IMG/VR virus record: IMGVR_UViG_3300032011_000115
Location: 1-25,533 of that record
Length of the DNA stretch: 25,533 nt
From: a virus
Taxonomy: Duplodnaviria; Caudoviricetes
Strand: one strand, 5' to 3'
Of the stretch, positions 17,750 through 24,868 are shown piece by piece. The notes under the pieces were generated by a model. That model made no database searches. It was not told the DNA's origin and saw only the letters and a program-made list of their open reading frames with translations. Position 1 is the first letter of the stretch. Every line of letters begins with the position of its first letter. Made by a program: the position numbers and the translations under genes.

Positions 17750-17778
17750 TTGATTAGATTTAATTATTTATTTATTTA

Positions 17779-18489
17779 TTAATATAGTGCTATCATTTCT
17801 GATGCAGTGGTAGTAGTATCATTGGTATATACTTTTCTAACAAGCATACTTAATGTAGTTCCCGCTGGAATACTTTGTATTGTTACTGTTTGATTTGGTG
17901 GTGCTGCAGCAAATTCTAATTTAATATCTCCAGTTCCACCTACATATAATCCAAAACCACTAAATCCAGGATCAGCTTCATATATTGCGTTTGTACCAGC
18001 ATCAGCACCCGTAGTAGGAGCTTGTAAATCTGTACCAGCTAAAGCTATTGATAACGTACCTGTTATATTAGTTTGTCCAAAAGCTGTATTTAAATCTGAT
18101 GCGCTAAAAACAATAGTTTGTGTAGCAACTCCCATATTTGGACCAGAACCTGGATTAGCGGGTGCACCTGGTGCAGCGCCTTGATTTAATCCATCAGGTC
18201 GTGTTTGTACTACTCTTACATTTGTTATTGCTCCAGCACTATCTGTTTCAATAGTATAATACGCTCCCCATTGTTTGTTTTGAGTGTTACTTGCTGAACC
18301 TAAAAAAGTACCTCCAGAAGCAAAAGCTGTAACAGTTTGAGCAGATGCAGCTATATTAGCAGTTGTATCTGTAAATTGTCCTACAGGTATACCAGCCGCT
18401 GATGCACCTGGTGCTCTTAAAGTACCAACTGTTTCTATAGCTACTGCATGAGTAGATGCATCAACCATATTTTTTTGATAAAATCCCAT
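17779..18489 (-). CDS. Capsid spike-base/decoration protein, RcGTA Rcc01079-like, with an inserted domain
   Basis: 236 aa. C-terminus GLYVGGTGDIKL...TVTIQSIPAGTTLSMLVRKV...TTASEMIALY resembles the Rcc01079 family pattern; Ala/Gly/Thr-rich middle. Confidence 0.6.
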   Translation of the reverse strand: MGFYQKNMVDASTHAVAIETVGTLRAPGASAAGIPVGQFTDTTANIAASAQTVTAFASGGTFLGSASNTQNKQWGAYYTIETDSAGAITNVRVVQTRPDGLNQGAAPGAPANPGSGPNMGVATQTIVFSASDLNTAFGQTNITGTLSIALAGTDLQAPTTGADAGTNAIYEADPGFSGFGLYVGGTGDIKLEFAAAPPNQTVTIQSIPAGTTLSMLVRKVYTNDTTTTASEMIALY

Positions 18490-18497
18490 TTTTTTAT

Positions 18498-18917
18498 TTA
18501 TTTATGTTTATTATTTCCGAATACTTTTTCAACTCCACGAGAACCGAAATAGCCTCCAATTACTATTGTAAGAAGTCCAGTGATAGAATCTAAGGGGTAA
18601 CTTAAATACCATCCTACTACATAACTTACTGTTAAGAATATTAATACTATTGGCCGTACATTAGCCGCAAGCCAGGCCCCTGATTTTGCATCTGCAACCC
18701 ACCTTTTAGTTGTTCCATCTATTTCAGCCTTTTCAATTGATAGTTTCTTTAATGCTATAGCTTTATCTTCAGCAGATAAACTACTATTACCGGATATTAA
18801 TCCAGAGATTACATTACCTGGTAATATAGCATCACCAACAATTCCTAAGATACTAGGGGCTTTTTCAATAAGAAATTTACCTACCCCAGTATCTTTAAAA
18901 GGCTTTTTTTTACTCAT
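18498..18917 (-). CDS. Holin, GTA_holin_3TM-like
   Basis: 139 aa. Signature RWVAD...WLAANVRP, hydrophobic segments IVLIFLTVSYVVGWYL and ITGLLTIVIGGYFG, ending in YFGSRGVEK. Confidence 0.75.
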   Translation of the reverse strand: MSKKKPFKDTGVGKFLIEKAPSILGIVGDAILPGNVISGLISGNSSLSAEDKAIALKKLSIEKAEIDGTTKRWVADAKSGAWLAANVRPIVLIFLTVSYVVGWYLSYPLDSITGLLTIVIGGYFGSRGVEKVFGNNKHK

Positions 18918-19283
18918 TTAATTATTTTTCTTCCAAGAAGGTTTAGAATCTCCAGAAAATCCAACTTGACCTCCTTCAGAGCTAGGTGCTACTAAGCTTC
19001 TACCTCCTGCTGGTCCACTTGATTTTAATGTCCACCCTTTTTTATTTCCAGCCTTTACAAAGTCTTTTACATTTTGTACTGTTTTTCTACCATAAGCTTT
19101 AATACTTTCGAATGTACTATGTGGATGTTTGTGATCTCCGTTATCGTTTAATGGACTACCATTATAATTTAAATCTGAATCTGAACCTGAACCAGCCCTA
19201 TCATCAATAGGCATGTAGTTCAATAGATTTTTAGCGTGTTTACTCATGAATGAACCACCAGCCATTTTTTTACCTGTTCCCAT
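18918..19283 (-). CDS. Hypothetical basic Gly/Ser-rich protein
   Basis: 121 aa, tightly packed with its neighbours; contains NGSPLND. Confidence 0.65.
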   Translation of the reverse strand: MGTGKKMAGGSFMSKHAKNLLNYMPIDDRAGSGSDSDLNYNGSPLNDNGDHKHPHSTFESIKAYGRKTVQNVKDFVKAGNKKGWTLKSSGPAGGRSLVAPSSEGGQVGFSGDSKPSWKKNN

Positions 19284-19294
19284 TTTATTTATTT

Positions 19295-19621
19295 TTATGT
19301 GTGTTTATGTGCTTTTTTCTCCCAACTTAACGTCTTACTACCTTCTTTTATATTAGCTCGAGGATGAATTTGCCACTTATCATTTACTGATTCACGACTA
19401 TATACATTTTCATCATCATAATACAAAAGACCAGATTGAATGTCATTAATATGAATTTGTTCATGATCAATAACTTCTTGTCTTTGCTTAGGATCTGTTA
19501 TTTTATTATTAATTAATATATTTCCATTTCTATCAGCTTTACCTAATACACCATCTTCCATGTTAATTTCATGGACTGGAGCTGTTGCTACGTAAGGAGG
19601 GTTATTAAGTTTAAAAGCCAT
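19295..19621 (-). CDS. Small zincin-like metallopeptidase
   Basis: 108 aa. VLGKA...NILIN strands, EVIDHEQIH (HExxH) helix and downstream WEKKAH supplying a candidate third-ligand Glu. Confidence 0.7.
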   Translation of the reverse strand: MAFKLNNPPYVATAPVHEINMEDGVLGKADRNGNILINNKITDPKQRQEVIDHEQIHINDIQSGLLYYDDENVYSRESVNDKWQIHPRANIKEGSKTLSWEKKAHKHT

Positions 19622-19782
19622 TATTTTCTTGTTGAATATGGAAACATTTTGTTTAATGCATCTTTACGTTGTTGACATCCACAAGGAATATTAAGACCTT
19701 CGGAGACTGAATCAACGATGGTCTTAATACCTGTTTTTGTAGTAAACTTTTCAATAGAATCGCCTAATCCTTGGGATTTCAT
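19621..19782 (-). CDS. Small CGC-motif protein (53 aa), absent from the ORF track
   Basis: ATG 19782: MKSQGLGDSIEKFTTKTGIKTIVDSVSEGLNIPCGCQQRKDALNKMFPYSTRK. Fills the gap and overlaps the peptidase start by TAATG. Confidence 0.8.
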   Translation of the reverse strand: MKSQGLGDSIEKFTTKTGIKTIVDSVSEGLNIPCGCQQRKDALNKMFPYSTRK

Positions 19783-19792
19783 CAACTAATTA

Positions 19793-20095
19793 TTATGCTA
19801 CTGTAATTGCTGTAATTTCTACTGTAGATGCTAAATGTACAGTCGCTACTACTCCTCCTGGATTAGCTGTAAGAGCTTTATTAATTCCAGTTACAATATC
19901 TGCACCTTTAGCGGTGTCTTCAAAAGTAATATATGAACTAGCATCTAGAAAAAATATTGTAGCTTCATTTGCATTTACAGCACTGTTACTACCTTTTTTA
20001 ACTAGCGCAATATTATCCACGCCAAGAATCATATCTGCTGTATAATTCAAACTAGACGCGAAACTTTCTTTTTTAATTTTGATAAATTTTGCCAT
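19793..20095 (-). CDS. Putative small virion structural protein
   Basis: 100 aa, Ala/Thr/Val-rich (MAKFIKI...INKALTANPGGV), preceded by a long A/C-rich leader. The structural role is inferred. Confidence 0.55.
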   Translation of the reverse strand: MAKFIKIKKESFASSLNYTADMILGVDNIALVKKGSNSAVNANEATIFFLDASSYITFEDTAKGADIVTGINKALTANPGGVVATVHLASTVEITAITVA

Positions 20096-20167
20096 TTTTG
20101 TTGTTGTTTATGTTTGTGTTAATGTTTATGTTTGGTTAGATTTATACAGTTCTATTCTGTTTTATAT

Positions 20168-20713
20168 TTAAGTTTTAACTTTAGGTGTAGTACTTGTACG
20201 AGTAAAACTTCTAGTATTATTATCTATCGCATCCATTGAATACTGTTGCCATGCATTTCTGTTTGCAAGATCCATATTATGACTTTTAGATCTTATTTGA
20301 GATCTCCTTAATCTAGTTGATCCAGCTTTAGGTTTATATAGTTCACCTCTTTCGTCATAATATTTAACCTGTGATCCTAATCTTTTTATATCTCTACTAC
20401 TCATACTTTCAAATTCTTTCCCAGTTATAAACCTAGCGTTTTCTCCTTGTGTTTGAATTCCCGCTTTGTTAGGTTGATTTACTAAAAGTCCTTTATTCCA
20501 ACCCGGGGCTATTTTTTGATAATCTGAAGCATAAGTTCCACTCTTATTTTTCATTGCAGTATAATTAGATTCAATAATATTCCTATTTAAATATTTATCC
20601 TCACCGGTTTTTGCATCAATCCTAAAGCTCTGATAGTCTGAATTGTTAATTCCATGATGGTCATGAAAAGGTGAATTACTAATTCCCGTTTTATAAAATG
20701 GTGTTTTACTCAT
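20168..20713 (-). CDS. Hypothetical basic protein
   Basis: 181 aa; N-terminus MSKTPFYKTGISNSPFHDHH. Confidence 0.7.
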   Translation of the reverse strand: MSKTPFYKTGISNSPFHDHHGINNSDYQSFRIDAKTGEDKYLNRNIIESNYTAMKNKSGTYASDYQKIAPGWNKGLLVNQPNKAGIQTQGENARFITGKEFESMSSRDIKRLGSQVKYYDERGELYKPKAGSTRLRRSQIRSKSHNMDLANRNAWQQYSMDAIDNNTRSFTRTSTTPKVKT

Positions 20714-20714
20714 T

Positions 20715-20948
20715 TTAGTGGTGTTTTTTATCGTATTTAATATCTCCAGCTAATTTAGATATATGTTTTTCATCAGCTGTCATGTCTATATCACTATGTC
20801 CATGTTTGTTATCCCAAAGAACATCTCTTTTAAGATAACTTATGTGTGCTGCATCATCTCTTTCAGATGCATGAACGTTACTCTTAGTAACAGGTGTATG
20901 AGAATGTCTAGCATTACCAGAATATTCTCCGAAATGTCCTTTTTCCAT
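20715..20948 (-). CDS. His/Asp-rich small protein with an internal duplication
   Basis: 77 aa with 10 His; repeat DAAHISYLKRDVLWDNKH / DEKHISKLAGDIKYDKKH. Confidence 0.75.
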   Translation of the reverse strand: MEKGHFGEYSGNARHSHTPVTKSNVHASERDDAAHISYLKRDVLWDNKHGHSDIDMTADEKHISKLAGDIKYDKKHH

Positions 20949-20985
20949 AATTAGTTATTTTTATTGTTGTTTATTAATTTAACTC

Positions 20986-21210
20986 TTATCCAAGTTTTCC
21001 TTTAGCAATTTCTGTTATAGGAAATTTAACTTGCATAGAAACTGCAGATTCTGGGAATTTAGATACTTGCATACCTGTTATCCCTGAACTAGATCCTACT
21101 CCATGAATACGACCTTCTTGGTTTAAAGGACCATCCCATATATGAGATTCCCCTACAATACCTATTTTCTTTTCTTTACTTGCTTTGTTGTATGCTTTAT
21201 CTTGATGCAT
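20986..21210 (-). CDS. Hypothetical protein
   Basis: 74 aa (GIVGESHIWDGPL...GSSSGITGMQVSK), A-rich leader. Confidence 0.7.
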   Translation of the reverse strand: MHQDKAYNKASKEKKIGIVGESHIWDGPLNQEGRIHGVGSSSGITGMQVSKFPESAVSMQVKFPITEIAKGKLG

Positions 21211-21227
21211 GATTATTTGTTTAATTG

Positions 21228-21296
21228 TTACAATGCGTTTTCTAGTATAATTATAAATAAAAATATAACTATACCTGCTATTAAATAGCTTGTCAT
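21228..21296 (-). CDS. Putative 22-aa single-transmembrane microprotein, absent from the ORF track
   Basis: MTSYLIAGIVIFLFIIILENAL; its ATG overlaps the upstream stop (TAATG) and it fills most of the gap. Confidence 0.5.
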   Translation of the reverse strand: MTSYLIAGIVIFLFIIILENAL

Positions 21297-21535
21297 TAGT
21301 CTTTTTTTAGTTTTGGATATTTTCTATGTACACAAGCTTTTATTTTATCAGGATTTTTAGCGTTGTGAGCTAGTTTAAGAGCAGACTTAGCTCTTTTTAA
21401 TGTATTAACAGGGAATGTGCCTTTTGGTCCACAAAAGTCTGATTTATCTACATTAGGATATTTACCAGCATTTGACATTCCTGGTTCTTCCCTTATTTCT
21501 GATATTGTTTTTAAAAATGGTGAATTACTTTTCAT
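21296..21535 (-). CDS. Small basic protein, DUF6582-like
   Basis: 79 aa; SDFCGPKGTFPVNTLKRAKSAL...IKACVHRKYPKL resembles the DUF6582-type pattern, by eye. Confidence 0.55.
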   Translation of the reverse strand: MKSNSPFLKTISEIREEPGMSNAGKYPNVDKSDFCGPKGTFPVNTLKRAKSALKLAHNAKNPDKIKACVHRKYPKLKKD

Positions 21536-21538
21536 AAT

Positions 21539-22213
21539 TTATTTTTTAGTTCTTGGTTTTGGTTCATTTTTATCTAGATCATTCCAATTAATACTCTCTG
21601 GGTAGTATTTTTTTTCTTTATCTTCTTCTTTATTTGAATAAGGTCTTCCTATATGAGTATTTTTTAATTTTTTATCTAATTCTTCTTTTTCTTTATTAGC
21701 TTTTGCTTTTTTTATTCCAGCATCAGTAATAGTTTCTCCTAAACCTTGTAATGCATTAGATATATATTCAGTACCTGTAGACATTGTTTGATGACTTTGA
21801 TCAGGATTTTCATAATTATACTCTGTTTGAGATCCATCCAATGCTTTTAAAGGGCTTTTCATTAAAAAAGCTTGACCAATACCCATAGGGCGATAATCTC
21901 CCGCATTTAAAGCTTCAGTTGTAGATGATGCCGAAGGACCTTGAGTTAAAGTATTTAATCCTGTACCTTGAGCTACTTGTGCTTGTTGTGCTTGTTGTGC
22001 TACCGCAGATACAGCACTATTTGCTATTCCTTGATTATTACTTGGAGTTGATAAAAGACCTAATGGATCTTGAGGTAAATCTTTTTGTGCTAAAGATTTT
22101 ATTTTACCTAATGCTCCTTGAAATTGATTTGCTTGAGAATTATTTTTTTTACTCATTCTCATTTGTTTACCTATACTTCCAAAAGGATTATGATTTAATG
22201 GACTTTTACTCAT
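21539..22213 (-). CDS. Hypothetical low-complexity protein
   Basis: 224 aa; starts MSKSPLNH, internal MKSPLKA, Gln/Ala-rich middle, Lys-rich end. Confidence 0.7.
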   Translation of the reverse strand: MSKSPLNHNPFGSIGKQMRMSKKNNSQANQFQGALGKIKSLAQKDLPQDPLGLLSTPSNNQGIANSAVSAVAQQAQQAQVAQGTGLNTLTQGPSASSTTEALNAGDYRPMGIGQAFLMKSPLKALDGSQTEYNYENPDQSHQTMSTGTEYISNALQGLGETITDAGIKKAKANKEKEELDKKLKNTHIGRPYSNKEEDKEKKYYPESINWNDLDKNEPKPRTKK

Positions 22214-22214
22214 T

Positions 22215-22661
22215 TTATCTATTTTTATCTTTGTTAACGTTTTTTATTGCAGTTATTAAAACTTTATCTGTATAAGTTTTTCCATGCATAATAGAATTTC
22301 TTCTTTTACTTGTTGGAACATCTTCTTCTCCAAGCATAATTCGGTACATTCTTGCTATTAGTTGTCTACACTTGAAAGAAACTTTATAGATATTGTACTT
22401 CTGAGTTGTTCTGTTTCGATTTCTCCAAACTACAATCCAATTGTTTTTTATCATTTTGTTCCAGCGTCTATTATCCCAACTGTAAGCATAAGTACCGATC
22501 TTAAAATCTTGCTTAGTAAAAAGATCCATACAATCGAAGTATATTAATAGTTCTAAATCCGCATCGTTTAAGTTATTGTTTCTACAAGCCCATTTTCTTA
22601 TAAGCCGATAGTGTTTTAATAAGTTTAAATCCTTTATATTACTTGAATCTAATTTTCTCAT
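22215..22661 (-). CDS. Putative winged helix-turn-helix (MarR-like) DNA-binding protein
   Basis: 148 aa. LNDADLELLIYF helix, FTKQDF, RWNKMIKNNWIVV, wing RNRNRTTQKYNIYKVSFKCRQLI. ATGA overlap with groES. Confidence 0.55.
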   Translation of the reverse strand: MRKLDSSNIKDLNLLKHYRLIRKWACRNNNLNDADLELLIYFDCMDLFTKQDFKIGTYAYSWDNRRWNKMIKNNWIVVWRNRNRTTQKYNIYKVSFKCRQLIARMYRIMLGEEDVPTSKRRNSIMHGKTYTDKVLITAIKNVNKDKNR

Positions 22662-22921
22662 AAAACAACAACAACATCTTGTAATTTAATAAGAGTAAAT
22701 TTATCTTTGTTGAATTCAATACCATGACCTGCGTGTCTGTCATAATAAATCACATCATCTTGTTTTAAACCTTTTATATCATCACTTACAGAAATTATAA
22801 TAGCTTTTCTGTATCTTATATCTTCACGATCTTTTTCAATAATTAGTAATCCCCCTTTTGTTTTATCGGTTTTTACTTTCTCAGGTTTAATTATAATATT
22901 ATTTCCTATTGCTTTCATCAA
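22658..22921 (-). CDS. groES: Co-chaperonin GroES
   Basis: 87 aa. MKAIGNNIIIKP, mobile loop KTKGGLLI, IISVS...LKQDDVIYYDRHAG, LIKLQDVVVVL. Directly downstream of groEL. Confidence 0.85.
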   Translation of the reverse strand: MMKAIGNNIIIKPEKVKTDKTKGGLLIIEKDREDIRYRKAIIISVSDDIKGLKQDDVIYYDRHAGHGIEFNKDKFTLIKLQDVVVVL

Positions 22922-24470
22922 TTCTTAAATTATTGATTACACAATCTGTTGATAATATCGTTGCGGCTACTGAAGCAGCATTTATCAAAGCGCTTTTAGT
23001 TACTAGTAAAGGATCAATGATACCAGCTTCTATCATATTAACTGGTTCACCTGTTATTACATCTAAACCTTTACCTTGTAATTTCCCCATTATTTTAGGC
23101 AATGAATCACTAGGACATTCAATCCCAGCATTATCTAAAATAACTCTAAATGGAGATTCTATTGCTTTTAATAAAATCTTTTCCCCTTCAGTATTTGTTT
23201 TAATATTTTGTCCAGCGTTTAGTAGAGCTATACCACCACCGGGTACAATACCTTCTTTTATAGCGGCTTTTGTCGCACAAATTGCATCTTCTATTCTATC
23301 AGATTTTTCTTTTAATTCTATATCTGAATTTGCCCCTACTTTTACTATAGCTATTTTAGCTGATAATCTTGCTAATCTTTTTTCTAATCTTATAAGATGT
23401 GCAGGATTAGGTTTGTTAGCTAATTCTTCTTTAACTGCTTTTATAGCATTTAAAACTGCTTCTGTAGGTTCACCTACTTGCAGAATAGTATCTTTTTCAT
23501 CAGTAACGGACTTTAAACAACTCCCTAAAAATTCAGGTTGTATTAAATCCATATCATCTCCAAGATCTTCATTTATGACAGTAGCTCCTGTAAGCATAGC
23601 TAGATCATCTAATGTTTCTCTTTTATTAACTCCAAATGTTGGAGCATTAATGATATTTACTTTTATGTTACCTTTTGTTTTATTCATTGCAAGAGTAGCC
23701 ATTATTGGGGCTTCTACATCTGCTATGATAAGTAAAGGTGTATTCTTTTTTATAATATGTTCTAAGATAGATTGAATTTGTCTTATATTATCTATCGGAG
23801 ATTCTATTAAAAGTACTGCGGGTTTTTCAAGCTCTGCAGTCTTTTTTGCTTTATTAGTAATAAAATGAGGATTAGTAAGACCTTTATTATACTGAACTCC
23901 ATCTACTAATTCTACTTCTGTCTCAGGTAATGAAGAATGTTCCATCATCACCACCCCTGTTTGACCAACTGCTCTGAATGCATCACCAATAATTTTTCCA
24001 AGTTGTGGTTCATTATTAGTAGAAATAGTTGCAATTTGATCAATCATATCCCCTTTAACAGGGATACTAATTTTTTCTAAGTATTTAACTACTTTTTTTA
24101 CAGCTTTATTAATATTTTCTTTTAATTCTCTAGAATTTATATCTGCACTTTTAGCTTCTTCAAGTATTGCATGTGCTAAAACTGTTGCTGTTGTTGTGCC
24201 ATCACCTGCTTCGCTAACTGTTTTTCTAGCAGCTTCTTTTAAAAGTGTAGCACCCATATTTTCTACAGGATCTAATAAAACTATTGAATTTGCTACTGTA
24301 ACCCCATCTTTAGTTATAACTGGGGTACCTTTATCATCTTCAAGTAAAACACACTTGCCACTAGCCCCTAAAGTGGAGCTAACAGCTTGCGTGAGTTTAT
24401 CAATTCCTTTAAACACTTGACTTTGAGCTTGTTGCCCAAAATTAAGATTTTTGACTATTAAGTCTGACAT
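22899..24470 (-). CDS. groEL: Phage-encoded chaperonin GroEL
   Basis: 523 aa. Motifs ITKDGVTVA, AGDGTTTATVLA, PLLIIAD, EKRLARLS, IEDAICATKAAIKEGIVPGGG, GIIDPLLVTKSALINAASVA. No GGM tail. Confidence 0.95.
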   Translation of the reverse strand: MSDLIVKNLNFGQQAQSQVFKGIDKLTQAVSSTLGASGKCVLLEDDKGTPVITKDGVTVANSIVLLDPVENMGATLLKEAARKTVSEAGDGTTTATVLAHAILEEAKSADINSRELKENINKAVKKVVKYLEKISIPVKGDMIDQIATISTNNEPQLGKIIGDAFRAVGQTGVVMMEHSSLPETEVELVDGVQYNKGLTNPHFITNKAKKTAELEKPAVLLIESPIDNIRQIQSILEHIIKKNTPLLIIADVEAPIMATLAMNKTKGNIKVNIINAPTFGVNKRETLDDLAMLTGATVINEDLGDDMDLIQPEFLGSCLKSVTDEKDTILQVGEPTEAVLNAIKAVKEELANKPNPAHLIRLEKRLARLSAKIAIVKVGANSDIELKEKSDRIEDAICATKAAIKEGIVPGGGIALLNAGQNIKTNTEGEKILLKAIESPFRVILDNAGIECPSDSLPKIMGKLQGKGLDVITGEPVNMIEAGIIDPLLVTKSALINAASVAATILSTDCVINNLRIDESNRK

Positions 24471-24495
24471 ATTAGATTAGATTAGATTTGATTTA
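24471..24495. repeat. Pentamer tandem repeat in the groEL leader
   Basis: Plus strand ATTAG ATTAG ATTAG ATTTG ATTTA, ending at the groEL start codon. Confidence 0.7.
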
Positions 24496-24503
24496 TTTAA
24501 ATT

Positions 24504-24791
24504 TTATTTAAAGGTCTTAACGACTTTAGGACCGTTTAAGAACTCTATTTTTTTCTCGTAATGCTTTACTGAAGCGGTTACAGCTTCTTCAGCACCTTCG
24601 AGTGTTTCTCTACGGGTTACATCCATCCACTCTTTAGTTTCAGGATCTTGGTATTCAGTTTGATAAAAACCGTTAGGTAATTGGGTTATTCGCCAATTCT
24701 TCTTTTTCGCTATCTGCTTCCAAAGGTTTTGGGTTTTTTCTGAAATTTGTGGTTGACTACTCCACGAATGAGTCTGGTAAAATAGTGTCAT
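24504..24791 (-). CDS. Hypothetical protein, first gene of the putative chaperonin operon
   Basis: 95 aa (KNWRITQLPNGFYQTEY...WMDVTRRETLEGAE). Confidence 0.75.
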   Translation of the reverse strand: MTLFYQTHSWSSQPQISEKTQNLWKQIAKKKNWRITQLPNGFYQTEYQDPETKEWMDVTRRETLEGAEEAVTASVKHYEKKIEFLNGPKVVKTFK

Positions 24792-24825
24792 AGGTTTTGG
24801 TTTTAATTGTTTGACATTTGGTTTA

Positions 24826-24839
24826 TAACTATATAGTTA
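24826..24839. promoter_or_regulatory. 14-bp perfect palindrome, candidate operator
   Basis: TAACTATATAGTTA in the intergenic gap about 35 nt upstream of ATG 24791. Confidence 0.4.
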
Positions 24840-24868
24840 CTTGTTTTTCTTTGTTTTTAAGTGAATTT

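Noticed and set aside
21977-22001. 9-bp tandem repeat TTGTGCTTG, about 2.8 copies
   Set aside because: In-frame coding repeat (AQQAQQAQ) in a low-complexity region; no sign of phase variation.
22909-23775. 288-aa plus-strand ORF antisense to groEL
   Set aside because: In this register stops need Tyr, His or Gln codons in groEL, which are scarce here. The product has typical antisense-shadow composition.
3208-24420. Remaining short plus-strand ORFs (3208, 10697, 16394, 16668, 20763, 21417, 21925, 22362, 24196)
   Set aside because: All lie opposite well-supported minus-strand genes and lack recognisable motifs.
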